In this document: piece after piece, positions 12,062-22,627 of the stretch
Layout of the letters: every line of letters starts with the position of its first letter
Numbering within the stretch: position 1 is the stretch's first letter
Assembly (NCBI GenBank): GCA_963668315.1
Contig: OY764216.1
Span: 448,001 to 512,000, forward strand
Source of the DNA: Spirochaetia bacterium
Lineage (GTDB): Bacteria; Spirochaetota; Spirochaetia; DSM-2461
DNA length: 64,000 bases
Reading direction: 5' to 3'
The notes under the pieces: model-generated
Database searches by the model: none
The model's input: only the letters and a program-made list of their open reading frames with translations
Told to the model about the DNA's origin: nothing
Program-made: the position numbers and the translations under genes

Positions 12062-12181
12062 GGAAGGACTCCGAATAATATTTAATATGCCTTTATTATA
12101 GGCCCATGGCGGAAATATTACCACGAAGTTTTTACAATTCCTCTTCTTGTTCTCTCCCGGCAATCCTGATAGGATGGGTTC

Positions 12182-12949
12182 GTGGAAACTTTACATGATT
12201 TTATAGAACGGATTTCCCGCGAGGCGGGACGGCTGGCCCTCCAGTACAGAGACAAGGACTCTCTTCTTATAGAGAATAAACACGCCAACCGCAAGGACAT
12301 TGTGACAGCCGCGGATAAGGCCATAGAACGGTATCTGAGGGATGAGATTCTCCATGCCTACCCGGATCACTCCATCATGGGGGAAGAGGGGGATGACATC
12401 AAGGGCAACGAATGCCTGTGGGTGCTTGATCCCATCGACGGAACGGTCTCCTTTGCCCACGGCCTCCCCATATTCACCGTTTCCATCGGCTATATGGAAG
12501 GGGATGTGATCAAGGCGGGGGCGATTACCGCGCCCGTCCTGGATGAGTTTTTCTATGCCGAAAGGGGCAAGGGGGCGTTCCTCAACGGAAGGCCTATCCA
12601 TGTATCCGACTGTTCCGTACCGGAAGAAGCGGTTATGGCCACGGGATTCGCCTGTCTGAGGGATAACCTGAAAGAGAACAACCTGGAGCGGTTCAGCCGC
12701 ATCGCCCCCCGGGTCCAGCACATGAGCCGTCTCGGATCGGCGGCTTACGACATGGCCATGGTCGCCGCGGGTCGGGTGGAAGGGTACTGGGAACAGCAGC
12801 TCAATCTCTACGATATCGCCGCCGGGGTCGTTCTTGTGGAAGAGGCGGGGGGAATCGTCTCCGATTTTTCCGGGGCCCCGGTGGTCAATCCCCGGCAGAT
12901 ACTCGCCGCCAATCCGGCCATGCACGGACAAATGCTTTCATGGATGTGA
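12182..12949 (+). CDS. suhB: Inositol monophosphatase family protein
   Basis: [19 protein letters not shown] and YDIAAG motifs. Confidence 0.88.
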   Translation: METLHDFIERISREAGRLALQYRDKDSLLIENKHANRKDIVTAADKAIERYLRDEILHAYPDHSIMGEEGDDIKGNECLWVLDPIDGTVSFAHGLPIFTVSIGYMEGDVIKAGAITAPVLDEFFYAERGKGAFLNGRPIHVSDCSVPEEAVMATGFACLRDNLKENNLERFSRIAPRVQHMSRLGSAAYDMAMVAAGRVEGYWEQQLNLYDIAAGVVLVEEAGGIVSDFSGAPVVNPRQILAANPAMHGQMLSWM

Positions 12950-13326
12950 GAATACGGCGCTACGCCCCTTCCCTGTTCTGCCTGATGATGATTACGGTTC
13001 TATCCGCCATTCCGGGAGTCACCTTTAAAGAGCCCCGTTATAACTTCTTCGGGACCGATAAGATCGGACACATGGGGCTCTATTTTCTCTTCACCCTGAG
13101 CCTTTTCCACTCCGCCGGAAGAAAGAAAGCCGACGGAAGCGCTCTGCTGCTGGCACTGGGAGCCTCCCTCGGCTGGGGCGGGCTTATGGAACTGATGCAG
13201 ACCCTGGACATCATCGGCCGTTCCGCCGACTGGCGCGACATGCTGGCGAATCTGACCGGAGCCCTTTTGGCTTTCTCTCTGTTCGCCCTCTACCTGGCGG
13301 TGAGAAACCGGAAGCGGGCGGTCTGA
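12940..13326 (+). CDS. VanZ-family membrane protein
   Basis: DKIGH, ELMQ, GRSADWRDMLAN. Confidence 0.8.
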   Translation: MDVRIRRYAPSLFCLMMITVLSAIPGVTFKEPRYNFFGTDKIGHMGLYFLFTLSLFHSAGRKKADGSALLLALGASLGWGGLMELMQTLDIIGRSADWRDMLANLTGALLAFSLFALYLAVRNRKRAV

Positions 13327-13330
13327 TTTT

Positions 13331-14401
13331 ATGTCCGTCATGACCTGTCTCATCTGCCCTAACGGCTGCGGGCTTTCCTATCGAGAGAAAGACGGAGTCT
13401 GTTATATCCGGGGCAACCGCTGTCTTCGGGGAGTCGGCTTCGCCGAAAAAGTCCTCATAGAAAAGGGAATCCCCGGTCCCTTCCGTTCGGAAAAGCCGTT
13501 CCTCCGCTACAGCGAAGAGGAGATCGCCGCCCTTCTGGCCCGGTGGGATCTCCCCCTGACGTCCCTGGAAGAGAACCGCTTCATCCAGGGCAGCCCCGAA
13601 CGTTCCCTTTACCGCACATCCCTCCTCAGCGGAGAGAGAAGACTGATACTCGAACAGATAACCCCGGAACGGGCGGAGAAAAATGAAAATACCGCCCTCC
13701 GCCTGGAACATATGAAGGAGGGGGGACTGCCCGTACTGCCCTTCCTGAGGGGAAAGGACGGAAGGGCTTCCCAGGAGGAGGGGGGACATTACTGGCGCCT
13801 TCTCCCCTTCGCCCGGGGGATATCACTGAACAGAAGCGCTTATCCCGGTGACGAATGGCGGGGAAAGGCCCTGGGACAGTTTCTCTGCCGCCTCTACAGC
13901 CTTGAAAAGCCCGATCCCGACGAACAGACGTTCAGCCTCACCGGTTTCATCAACGGGCTTATCGAAAAAATCAGCCTGCACCATACGGACCTTCTCATGC
14001 CCCTGAATCCCATACTGCACCGGCTCGAGGAGAGGATTTTTCCCCTCTACGACCAAATCCCCGCCGTATTCGGACACGGCGATCCCCACCCTCTGAATGT
14101 CATCTGGGGCGAGGAAGAGATCAAGGCTGTCATTGACTGGGAATTCAGCGGAACGAAGCCGATTCTGTACGATGCGGCCCTGATCATGGGATGTGTCGGA
14201 TCCGAAGCTCCCGAAGCCTTTGACAGCCCCTTCAACAGGGCCTTCTACAGGGAGATAGCCTCGGTCATCCCCCCGGAATGGCTGGCCCTTCTGCCCGACT
14301 TCATCCTGGCCCAGCGTTTCGCCTGGCTGAATGAATGGCTCCGCCATGAAGACGAAGCCATGGTAAGTCAGGAGCTGCGCTACATGGAAATGCTGCTTTA
14401 G
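13331..14401 (+). CDS. APH/type II homoserine kinase-like phosphotransferase with an N-terminal DUF1667-like Cys motif
   Basis: N-terminal CLICPNGC...GNRCLRG; C-terminal HGDPHPLNV and IDWEF kinase motifs. Confidence 0.7.
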   Translation: MSVMTCLICPNGCGLSYREKDGVCYIRGNRCLRGVGFAEKVLIEKGIPGPFRSEKPFLRYSEEEIAALLARWDLPLTSLEENRFIQGSPERSLYRTSLLSGERRLILEQITPERAEKNENTALRLEHMKEGGLPVLPFLRGKDGRASQEEGGHYWRLLPFARGISLNRSAYPGDEWRGKALGQFLCRLYSLEKPDPDEQTFSLTGFINGLIEKISLHHTDLLMPLNPILHRLEERIFPLYDQIPAVFGHGDPHPLNVIWGEEEIKAVIDWEFSGTKPILYDAALIMGCVGSEAPEAFDSPFNRAFYREIASVIPPEWLALLPDFILAQRFAWLNEWLRHEDEAMVSQELRYMEMLL

Positions 14402-14437
14402 CTTCCCTCCGTCCCGGCCGGTTGAGCCGGCAACGGA

Positions 14438-16573
14438 CTAGAAATTCTCAAACTCATCGTCCCACTCTTCGGAGGGAGCTTCAATCTGCTTGGCGGCAGG
14501 TTCGATCCTCTCCGGCTTCATGGTCTCTCTTTTATTTTTGACAGGAGCCGGTCTGGACGGACCGGTTTCCGATCCGATTTTAAAGTAATTCACCGCATCC
14601 TTCATGGCGTTCGCCTGGGCTGTGAGCTCCTCGGACATGGAGGATAGCTGCTCCGCCGCGGAGGAATTCCTCTGTACGACGCTGTCCAGTTCCAGAAGGG
14701 CGTTGTTAATCTGGGTGGCTCCGTTGCTCTGTTCCTGACTGGCCACGGTTATCTCTTCGACGAGATCGGCCGTTTTCTTCATGGCGGGAACGATCTGATC
14801 GATCAGATCCTTCGCCTCGACCGCCCGGTTCACGCTGTTCTGGGTGATTTCGGTAATCTCCTTGGCCGCTTCGCCGCTGGATTCGGCCAGCTTTCTGACT
14901 TCCGAGGCGACCACGGCAAATCCCTTACCCGCTTCGCCCGCTCTCGCCGCTTCGATCGCCGCATTCAGGGCCAGCATATTGGTATTGCGGGCGATATCTT
15001 CAATCACACCGATTTTTTCGGCAATATCCTTCATGGCTTTCACCGTATCATCAACGGCGGTACCGCCCTTCTGCGAATCCTGAGTCACCTTCTGCGCCAT
15101 GGTATTTGACTGCTGGGCATTATCGGTATTCTGCTGAATATTCGAATTCAGCTGTTCCATGGAGGCGGAAACCTCTTCCATATTGGTCGCCTGCAGATTT
15201 GTTCCCTTGGCAATCCCTTCGGAGGATGCCGCTATCTGATTACTGCCCGAGAGAACCTCGTTGGAGGAGTTCATGATGGTGAGGATGGACTCCTTCAGCT
15301 TCTGCTGCATCTCCTTCAGGGCGCTCACCAGGGCTCCGATCTCATCCTTCTGGGTGATATCAATCTGCTGGGTAAGATCTCCCGCCGCGATATTTTCCGT
15401 GAAGACCAGCGCCCGCTTGATGGGAAGGACGATACGGGACGAGAGGAAATAGAGAAGGATCAGGGCGATAACCGTAACAACAAGCCCCACGATGATTCCC
15501 GAAAGGGTCGTCCTTCGGTATTCCGCAGACAGATCCTCCGTCAGAGCCAGAGCTTGCTCAAAAACCAGGGCCCGGTCAACCTCTATGATAATAGACCAGG
15601 GTGTTCCCGTTCGCCCCAGGGGAATGGGCGCCTGAACTTTAACGATCCCCGTCTCCAGTCCCGTGTCAATGAAGGTTTCCCCCTTCTGGGTCCTGCTGAC
15701 CTCCTCGTCCCAGTTCTCTCCTCCCAGATCCTTCAGGGGTTTTCCGATGTAATCGGGAAACTCGCTGTCGGCCACGACAATTCCTTCGAAACTGACGACT
15801 TGTACGTTATTATGCCCCGAATACAGTCCTTCGGAAACGCTCACGCTGAGATTCTGGATAAATCCCAGTCTCAGGTCCGTACCGCCGATACCCAGGAATT
15901 TCCCGTCCACAATGATGGGCACGGATATCGTCGTCAGCCAGTCGGTCTGTCCCTGCACGATATAGGGGAAGGGATCCAGAATGTTCTCTCTCAGTCTTTC
16001 CCGGGGATTCAGATACCATCCGCCCCGCCTGATACCGTTCTCATAAAGGGAGTTGTCCTCGTAGTTAACCAGGGCCTGGCGGGCGATATTTCCCTCAAGA
16101 TCACGGTTCCAGTAGGGAATGAACCGTCCCGATTCGTCGTATCCCTCACCGGTCAAACCCCTGAATTCGGCATCTCTGCCGTCGAGGGCGTTCGGCTCCC
16201 AGGCGCTGTAAGTCCCCAGGAAGTCGGGATTCGTCTCCAGAACCGTCAGGAGAATATCGTTGAAGACAGTTCTCAGATCGATGTTTCCCCGGTCCTCATT
16301 ATTCTGTCTGACGGCTTTAAAGGAGTCGGCGATTGTCCGGGCTGAATCAAGGTTGATTTCCAGCTTAGACTGAATAAAACGCGCTTCACTGACGGCGAGG
16401 TTGAGAAGGACATCCTTCGTCTGTTCTTCGATCAGAGCATTGACTCGTGTTTCCACAGTATCCTGAGTACTGTTCTGTGATACGATCTGATTGCCGATAA
16501 GGATGATCCCCGTCAAAATCAGACTGATTCCTGCCATAAGTACGATTTGTGTTTTTAGTGATCTGAACTGCAT
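14438..16573 (-). CDS. Methyl-accepting chemotaxis protein with periplasmic Cache-type sensor
   Basis: Two TMs around a [20 protein letters not shown] sensor region, [29 protein letters not shown]. Confidence 0.92.
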   Translation of the reverse strand: MQFRSLKTQIVLMAGISLILTGIILIGNQIVSQNSTQDTVETRVNALIEEQTKDVLLNLAVSEARFIQSKLEINLDSARTIADSFKAVRQNNEDRGNIDLRTVFNDILLTVLETNPDFLGTYSAWEPNALDGRDAEFRGLTGEGYDESGRFIPYWNRDLEGNIARQALVNYEDNSLYENGIRRGGWYLNPRERLRENILDPFPYIVQGQTDWLTTISVPIIVDGKFLGIGGTDLRLGFIQNLSVSVSEGLYSGHNNVQVVSFEGIVVADSEFPDYIGKPLKDLGGENWDEEVSRTQKGETFIDTGLETGIVKVQAPIPLGRTGTPWSIIIEVDRALVFEQALALTEDLSAEYRRTTLSGIIVGLVVTVIALILLYFLSSRIVLPIKRALVFTENIAAGDLTQQIDITQKDEIGALVSALKEMQQKLKESILTIMNSSNEVLSGSNQIAASSEGIAKGTNLQATNMEEVSASMEQLNSNIQQNTDNAQQSNTMAQKVTQDSQKGGTAVDDTVKAMKDIAEKIGVIEDIARNTNMLALNAAIEAARAGEAGKGFAVVASEVRKLAESSGEAAKEITEITQNSVNRAVEAKDLIDQIVPAMKKTADLVEEITVASQEQSNGATQINNALLELDSVVQRNSSAAEQLSSMSEELTAQANAMKDAVNYFKIGSETGPSRPAPVKNKRETMKPERIEPAAKQIEAPSEEWDDEFENF

Positions 16574-16738
16574 CCCTTGACTCCTCGTTGTATATATGTT
16601 TTTTTTAATTTACAAGAACTAATTAAAGCTTAGGTGACGGAATCTGCGAATTCAATAGGGAGTTTCAAAAAGAATTTCAGCCATCTTTACTGATATTTTT
16701 ACATATTTTCCCTTCAAAGCTTCTTATATCCTATATAG

Positions 16739-16778
16739 ATGTAATAATCCCGCCGGAGACGCTTCGGGATTATTACAT
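16739..16778. terminator. 14-bp inverted repeat just downstream of asd, probable terminator
   Basis: ATGTAATAATCCCG ... CGGGATTATTACAT. No strong U-tract. Confidence 0.55.
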
Positions 16779-16792
16779 TTACAGAGAAATCC

Positions 16793-17878
16793 CTACGGGA
16801 TAAGCCCCCGGGATAGGAGCAATTCAGCCGTCAGAACGGCGCCGCCCGCCGCTCCCCTCCGGGTATTATGGGAGAGGGCCGTGAACCGGTATCCCAGAAC
16901 CGGGCTCTTTCCCAGCCGTCCGACGGTGACGGCCATGCCGCCGCAGGCATCCCTGTCCAGCCGGGGCTGGGGATGAAAATCCCCGGGGAAGTAGCGCACG
17001 GCCGGACGGGGAGCGGAAGGAAGATCCCGTTCCTGCGGCTCCCCTTTGAACCGCCTGAAGAGGTCTTCCAGCTCACCGATCTCCGGCTGCCTTCCCTCAA
17101 CGGAAAACCAGACACAGCTGGTATGGCCGTGAACCACGGGAACACGGAGACAGTTGGAAGAAATGGAAAGGTTTTCATCGGATACGATCCGGTCCCCCTC
17201 AATCCGGCCGAAAATCTTCTGGGGTTCACAGAAAGCCTTCTCCTCTTCCGAGGGAAGGGCGATGAGATTATCAATAACATCCAGGGCGGACTGACCGGGA
17301 TACCCCGCCCCGGACAGGGCCTGCAGATTCGTGGTGATAACCTCTCCGATAGAAAAGCCCGCTCGACGCAGGACCGCAAGGGGCAGGACATAACTCTGAA
17401 CCCCGCAGTTTGGCTTGGTCACGAGGAAACCCTTCGTCCATCCCTCCCTTTTCTGCTGACGGGGAATAATCTCAAGAAGGTCAGGATTGACTTCGGGCAT
17501 GAGAATGGGAACGTTCTCTGTCAGGCGATGGGCGGAATTATTGGAGACCACGGGAAAACCGGCCGCGGCATAATCCCGCTCCACCCGGCGTGTGGTCTCT
17601 TTGTCGGCGGAGAAGGCGGAAAACAGCAGGGAGCATTTTCCACGGGCCGCCTCAATATCCCCCACGGCATAGACGGGAAGTTTCCCCGTTTTTTCCGGGA
17701 GGGGGCTCTCCATTCTCCATCTCGTGCTTACGCCTTCCCCATAGGTCTTTCCCGCCGACCTCTCCGAAGCGGCGAGAAAGGACAACTCGAACCAGGGATG
17801 GTTCTCCAGCAGCACCACATAATTCTGACCTACCATTCCCGTAGCGCCCAGAATACCGACTTGAATCTTCTCTTTCAT
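16793..17878 (-). CDS. asd: Aspartate-semialdehyde dehydrogenase (peptidoglycan-lacking/archaeal-like subtype)
   Basis: GILGATGMVGQ, KPNC catalytic Cys, QALSGAGYPG, RVPVVHGH, SHNTRRGAAG. AAGGAGG RBS before MKEKI. Confidence 0.93.
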   Translation of the reverse strand: MKEKIQVGILGATGMVGQNYVVLLENHPWFELSFLAASERSAGKTYGEGVSTRWRMESPLPEKTGKLPVYAVGDIEAARGKCSLLFSAFSADKETTRRVERDYAAAGFPVVSNNSAHRLTENVPILMPEVNPDLLEIIPRQQKREGWTKGFLVTKPNCGVQSYVLPLAVLRRAGFSIGEVITTNLQALSGAGYPGQSALDVIDNLIALPSEEEKAFCEPQKIFGRIEGDRIVSDENLSISSNCLRVPVVHGHTSCVWFSVEGRQPEIGELEDLFRRFKGEPQERDLPSAPRPAVRYFPGDFHPQPRLDRDACGGMAVTVGRLGKSPVLGYRFTALSHNTRRGAAGGAVLTAELLLSRGLIP

Positions 17879-17918
17879 AGGTTCCTCCTTACAGCGCCGT
17901 ACGCCTTGGGCGGGACAT

Positions 17919-17945
17919 AAAAAAAGCCCCGCCATCGGGCGGGGC
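17919..17945 (-). terminator. Attenuator terminator upstream of asd
   Basis: On the minus strand: GCCCCGCC-CGAT-GGCGGGGC followed by 7 T, lying between the leader ORF and the asd RBS. Confidence 0.88.
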
Positions 17946-17968
17946 CTGTATTCGAAAAGATTATCCGA

Positions 17969-18043
17969 TCACACCACCAACGCCGAAGGCTTTCTGCAAA
18001 GAGAAGGTTTGGTTGTTGTGGTAGTGACGGTTATAAAATTCAT
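17969..18043 (-). CDS. Thr-rich attenuator leader peptide (ThrL-like), 24 aa: MNFITVTTTTTKPSLCRKPSALVV
   Basis: Manual translation shows 6 Thr codons, 5 consecutive. It is followed by a terminator and asd, with a TTGACG -35 at 18076-18081. Confidence 0.85.
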   Translation of the reverse strand: MNFITVTTTTTKPSLCRKPSALVV

Positions 18044-18090
18044 ATTAACTACGGTTTAGTTTATTTTTCCCCTTTCGTCAAGGCGTAAAG

Positions 18091-18732
18091 CTAGGAAAGG
18101 GACAGTCCCAGGGCCAGAGCCATATGGGCGGCATAGTAGGTGGGAAGGATGAGTTTCCCCGGCGGGGTAAAGCCTATCAGCTCGGCCTCGGCAATGCAGA
18201 GGTCGGAGAAAAGGATAAGCCCGATTCCCAGAATAAAGAAAAGACGTCCCGATCCGGCTCCCCGAATCCCCCAGGCGAAGGAGAAAGAGAGACAGGAGAT
18301 GACCATATACAGGGTAATGGCGATTTTCAGCGGAAGTTCCTCCACCCTGGGAATCAGTCTGAAGATACAGTAGAGGACGAGGCTCCCGAAAAGGACCAGG
18401 AAAAGGATCGGGGGAAAGCGAGAGTTACCCGCCGCATAGGCCAGATAGAAGACATGGGCGAAAAAGAAAAGAACCGTACCGTATACGAACCATCCGGGCT
18501 TCTCCTTCCCCTCTTCCTCACGGTGGCTGAGGAAGAAATCCCCGGCGATGGAAATAAGAAGGGCGATGAGAATAAGCCGGACAGGGTCATTACCGGAGCC
18601 GGCAGGCAGTCGGCTGAAGAGAATTATCCCGATACAGGAGAGAGTCACTCCCACCTTGAAGGGAAACTTATTCGTTCTCACGGCCAGAACGGAGAAAATC
18701 AGGGGTAAGATAAAAAAGGGGTAAAGCAGCAT
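18091..18732 (-). CDS. YhhN/lysoplasmalogenase family membrane protein
   Basis: SIAGDFFL, FFFAHVFY, LFSDLCI and PTYYAAH motifs. Confidence 0.8.
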   Translation of the reverse strand: MLLYPFFILPLIFSVLAVRTNKFPFKVGVTLSCIGIILFSRLPAGSGNDPVRLILIALLISIAGDFFLSHREEEGKEKPGWFVYGTVLFFFAHVFYLAYAAGNSRFPPILFLVLFGSLVLYCIFRLIPRVEELPLKIAITLYMVISCLSFSFAWGIRGAGSGRLFFILGIGLILFSDLCIAEAELIGFTPPGKLILPTYYAAHMALALGLSLS

Positions 18733-18763
18733 GATCGGTCCTCGCCCTTTGAATTATAGTTCA

Positions 18764-20221
18764 TTATACCAGCATTGCAATAAGGGTCTGCTCTTTTTCG
18801 CTTTTTTCTTTCTCCTCCCCTTCGGACCTGCTGTCCAGGATACTGCGGATCTCTTCCTGGACCTCTTTGACCAGGGGATACCTGAGGGCGATGCGGAAGC
18901 CGAAGCTCAGGAGAATAATCGGAACGAAAGTCAGAATCAGACGGATCATAAGCAGGACCCCGTCGGGCTGTTCCTGTTCAATGGACCGGAGGATTCCCTG
19001 GTCCATCATTTCCACCGGTTCTCTGTAGCCGATGAATCCCAGCAGGGCCAGCACGGTGGACTGGGCGATCGCCGTGGTGGACTTTCTCAGAAACGTGATC
19101 ATCCCGCTGAAGCTCCCCGACCGGTTTTCCCCGAAGGCGAGCTCCCCCACATCCACCACATCGCCGAACATGGTATAGGGGGTCACGATGGCCCCTGCCA
19201 TCCCGATTCCCACCACGGCGCCCAGGAGATAGAGGGCCCAGAGGGGCGTGGAAGGCTGTATGAAAAACATCCCCAGGCAGGCCACTCCCCATATCGCCGC
19301 GCCGATCATATAGGCCGCCGTTTTCCCCCGCCGGTGGGAGATTTTCGAAAAAAGCGGAACCGCCGCAACTTCGACGATAATCAGGATGCCCAGCAGGAGA
19401 TTCATGGCGTCGTAATTCTTCATCCAGTACTTCATATAATGTCCCACGATCAAAACGATGATATCAAAGGCGATGAAGGTGAACAGCTGGAGGGCCAGGT
19501 ATTTTCGGAAGACTTTAATCTTAAGCGGCTCGAACATGGACTTCAGCCAGCCCTTCTCATAGGTTTTCTTCTCCGCGGGGTGCTCGAAGGTAAAAAGGAA
19601 TGTTCCTATCCAGGGAAGGGCGAAGAACAGTCCGAATACCACGCTCATGGCGATGTACCCCTTTCTTATCCCCTCCACACCGGTTCCGAAGGCATTAATG
19701 ATAAACAGGGGGAAGAGGGCGCAGAGGAGGGAGGATACCAGGCTGAAGATAAGGCGGATGGAATTCAGGCTTGTCCTCTCTTCATAGTCCGATGTCAGCT
19801 CGGCGCTCATGGCCTGATAGGGAACCATGACCAGGGTCACCACCGTGTTGAAGAACATGTAGGCGATTAGGATATAGACGAAGCGGGACAGCTCGGAATC
19901 GTAGTTCACGGGAAACCAGAGCATTACGAAGGAGAGGAAAATAAGGGGAATACCGGCCAGGTAATAGGGGCGGCGCCTTCCCCAGGGGGAGCGGGTTCTG
20001 TCGGAAAAGTACCCCATGAACGGGTCGGTAACCGCATCCCAGATCTTGCTGATCAGAAAGATCATGGCGCTGTAGGAGGGATGGATTTTCACCACGTCCG
20101 TGAGGAATACGGCATAATAGAAATTGACGATGTTAAAGGCACCGCCGCCGTAGATATCCCCCATACCGAAAAAGAGTCTCGTACCGAGGGACAGCTTATC
20201 CCCTTTACCGTGAGTTTTCAT
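18764..20221 (-). CDS. Glycoside-pentoside-hexuronide (MelB-like) MFS transporter
   Basis: KIWDAVTDPFMGYFSDRTRSPWGRRRPY; ELTSDYEERTSL. Confidence 0.9.
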   Translation of the reverse strand: MKTHGKGDKLSLGTRLFFGMGDIYGGGAFNIVNFYYAVFLTDVVKIHPSYSAMIFLISKIWDAVTDPFMGYFSDRTRSPWGRRRPYYLAGIPLIFLSFVMLWFPVNYDSELSRFVYILIAYMFFNTVVTLVMVPYQAMSAELTSDYEERTSLNSIRLIFSLVSSLLCALFPLFIINAFGTGVEGIRKGYIAMSVVFGLFFALPWIGTFLFTFEHPAEKKTYEKGWLKSMFEPLKIKVFRKYLALQLFTFIAFDIIVLIVGHYMKYWMKNYDAMNLLLGILIIVEVAAVPLFSKISHRRGKTAAYMIGAAIWGVACLGMFFIQPSTPLWALYLLGAVVGIGMAGAIVTPYTMFGDVVDVGELAFGENRSGSFSGMITFLRKSTTAIAQSTVLALLGFIGYREPVEMMDQGILRSIEQEQPDGVLLMIRLILTFVPIILLSFGFRIALRYPLVKEVQEEIRSILDSRSEGEEKEKSEKEQTLIAMLV

Positions 20222-20309
20222 AAGCCTCCCCCTTCGCTTTTACCGATTATAATAGCATGAAAAAAGAATTCCTGTATCTCATAAAGAGAAAAAGATGTAA
20301 GATGCCCCC

Positions 20310-21557
20310 ATGAGCAGTGTAAAAGTAATAATCGCCGGAGGAGGCGCCCGGGGCTATACCTATGCGTCCTATGCCCTTGAGCACCCGGACAGGATGAAAG
20401 TCATCGGAGTAGCCGAACCGCGCCGGGAATACCGGGAAAAGCTGGTCCGGGCCCATAATATTCCCGAGGAAAATGTGTATACCGACTGGAAGGAGATGGC
20501 CTCACGCGGGCGCTTCGCCGATGCGGTCGTCATTGCCACCCAGGACAGCATGCACCGGGAACCGGCCGAGGCCTTTGCCTCGGCGGGGTATCATATTCTC
20601 CTGGAAAAACCCATGGCACCCACCGAAGAGGACTGCCGGGCGATAACAAAGGCCTTTGAGGGGAAGGACCGGATATTCGCCGTATGCCATGTGCTGCGCT
20701 ATACCCCTTTCACCAAAAAGCTGAAGGCGATCATCGATTCCGGAGCGATCGGCGAAGTGGTGAGCATCCAGCGGCTCGAACCGGTCGGCTTCAATCACCA
20801 GGCCCACTCCTTTGTCAGGGGAAACTGGGGAAACGAGAGAAAATCCTCCTTCATGCTCCTGGCCAAATCGTGCCATGACCTGGACTGGATACGCTATATC
20901 ATGGGATCATCCTGCCGGAAGGTCTCCTCCTTCGGTTCGCTGAAGCATTTCCGTAAAGAGGAAAAACCCGAGGGCGCCTCGGAAACCTGCCTCAGCTGCT
21001 CTTTGGAAAAGGAGTGCCCCTACTCGGCCCCTCGTTTCTACCTGAACCTTCTCGGAGAGGGCAAGAGATCCGGATTCCTGGGGGTTCTGACCCAGGACTT
21101 TACCCGGGAAGGAGTTCTGAAAGCCCTGGAAGGCCCCTACGGCCGCTGCGTTTACGCCTGCGATAACGACGTGGTGGACAACCAGGTCGTGGCCATGGAA
21201 TTCGAAGGGGGCAAAACGGCCAACTTCACCATGACAGCCTTCACGAAGATGCAGCACCGCATGACCCATGTATTCGGAACGAAGGGCCATATATACGGAG
21301 ACGGGGAAACCCTGACCCATTTCGATTTCCTCACAGAGGAGACCCGTACCTATGATACGGCGCAGGGCGGCCCCGATGCGGGAAGCGGCCACGGAGGCGG
21401 AGACTTCGGATTAATGGATGCGTTTATCGAGGCCGTGGCCAAAAACGACAAATCCCTTATTCTCTCAGGACCGGAGGAGACGCTGGAGAGCCATCTCATG
21501 GTCTTCCGGGCGGAGCAGAGCCGCCTCGAAAGCCGGGTCATGAATATCGACGGCTGA
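20310..21557 (+). CDS. Gfo/Idh/MocA family oxidoreductase
   Basis: IAGGGARG, LLEKPMA, HVLRY, HSFVRGNW, KSCHDLD, GHGGGD. Confidence 0.9.
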   Translation: MSSVKVIIAGGGARGYTYASYALEHPDRMKVIGVAEPRREYREKLVRAHNIPEENVYTDWKEMASRGRFADAVVIATQDSMHREPAEAFASAGYHILLEKPMAPTEEDCRAITKAFEGKDRIFAVCHVLRYTPFTKKLKAIIDSGAIGEVVSIQRLEPVGFNHQAHSFVRGNWGNERKSSFMLLAKSCHDLDWIRYIMGSSCRKVSSFGSLKHFRKEEKPEGASETCLSCSLEKECPYSAPRFYLNLLGEGKRSGFLGVLTQDFTREGVLKALEGPYGRCVYACDNDVVDNQVVAMEFEGGKTANFTMTAFTKMQHRMTHVFGTKGHIYGDGETLTHFDFLTEETRTYDTAQGGPDAGSGHGGGDFGLMDAFIEAVAKNDKSLILSGPEETLESHLMVFRAEQSRLESRVMNIDG

Positions 21558-21563
21558 TCGGCC

Positions 21564-22484
21564 TCAGCTCCCGATGGCCCCCAGGTCAAAGGGAGTCTGC
21601 TGGTAGACATAATAGTTCAGCCAGTTGGAATAGAGGAGAAACCCGTGGCTTCGCCAGTTGACCACGGGCTGGTTCGCCGGATTGTTGCCGGGAAAATAGT
21701 TGCGCGGGAGCTCGATGTCGTCCCCTTTTTCCAGGTCCCTCTCATACTCTTCCTTAAGGGAATCAGGCTCGTACTCGGAATGGCCCGTGACGAAAATCTG
21801 CCGCCCCTCCCTATCCGACACGATATAGACGCCGCTGTCGGGAGATTCGGAAAGGATCTCCAGATTCTCCTTCATCAGAATATCCTCCCTGTGGAGTTCG
21901 GCATATCGGGAATGGGGGGCATAGAAGATGTCGTCGAATCCCCGCAGCAGGGGAACGTGGGGATAGCTTTTCACATGGGGAAAGATCCCGAACATCTTTC
22001 TTCCCAGGGAATACTTGGGAATGTCGTAATGATAATAGAGACCGGCCAGGGCGGCCCAGCAGATATGCAGGGTGGAAAAGACATTCTTCCGGGACCAGGT
22101 CATGATGCGGGAAAGCTCCTCCCAGTAGGACACATCCTCAAACTCCAGGTGTTCCACGGGGGCTCCGGTGATGATCATTCCGTCAAATTTCTCCCTGGCC
22201 ACCTCGTCAAAGGTATGGTAGAATTTATCCAGATGCATCCGGCTGGTATTTTTGGACTCATGGCTCTCGGGATGAATGAAGGAGATTTCCAGATGGAGGG
22301 GCGTGTTGCTTAAAAGACGCAGGAGCTGTATCTCCGTCTCGATTTTCTTGGGCATGAGATTCAGAATAAGAATCTTCAGGGCACGGATATCCTGATGCAG
22401 GGCCCTGTCTTCTCCCATGATAAAAATATTTTCACTTTCCAGCACTTTACGGGCCGGCAGATCATTGGCAATTTTAATAGGCAT
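21564..22484 (-). CDS. metA: Homoserine O-acyltransferase (MetA family), probably acetyl-CoA specific
   Basis: [47 protein letters not shown]. Confidence 0.95.
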   Translation of the reverse strand: MPIKIANDLPARKVLESENIFIMGEDRALHQDIRALKILILNLMPKKIETEIQLLRLLSNTPLHLEISFIHPESHESKNTSRMHLDKFYHTFDEVAREKFDGMIITGAPVEHLEFEDVSYWEELSRIMTWSRKNVFSTLHICWAALAGLYYHYDIPKYSLGRKMFGIFPHVKSYPHVPLLRGFDDIFYAPHSRYAELHREDILMKENLEILSESPDSGVYIVSDREGRQIFVTGHSEYEPDSLKEEYERDLEKGDDIELPRNYFPGNNPANQPVVNWRSHGFLLYSNWLNYYVYQQTPFDLGAIGS

Positions 22485-22627
22485 AGCTTAACCTCACAAG
22501 TTTAGATATTCATTATACTACTATTTTGGTTTGAATTTCCAGAATGAGCCCCCGGGAAGGGGGAATTTCACGAACTATTATGGAAAAACAAATTGACATA
22601 TCTTATTAGATATATAAATAATGGAGT

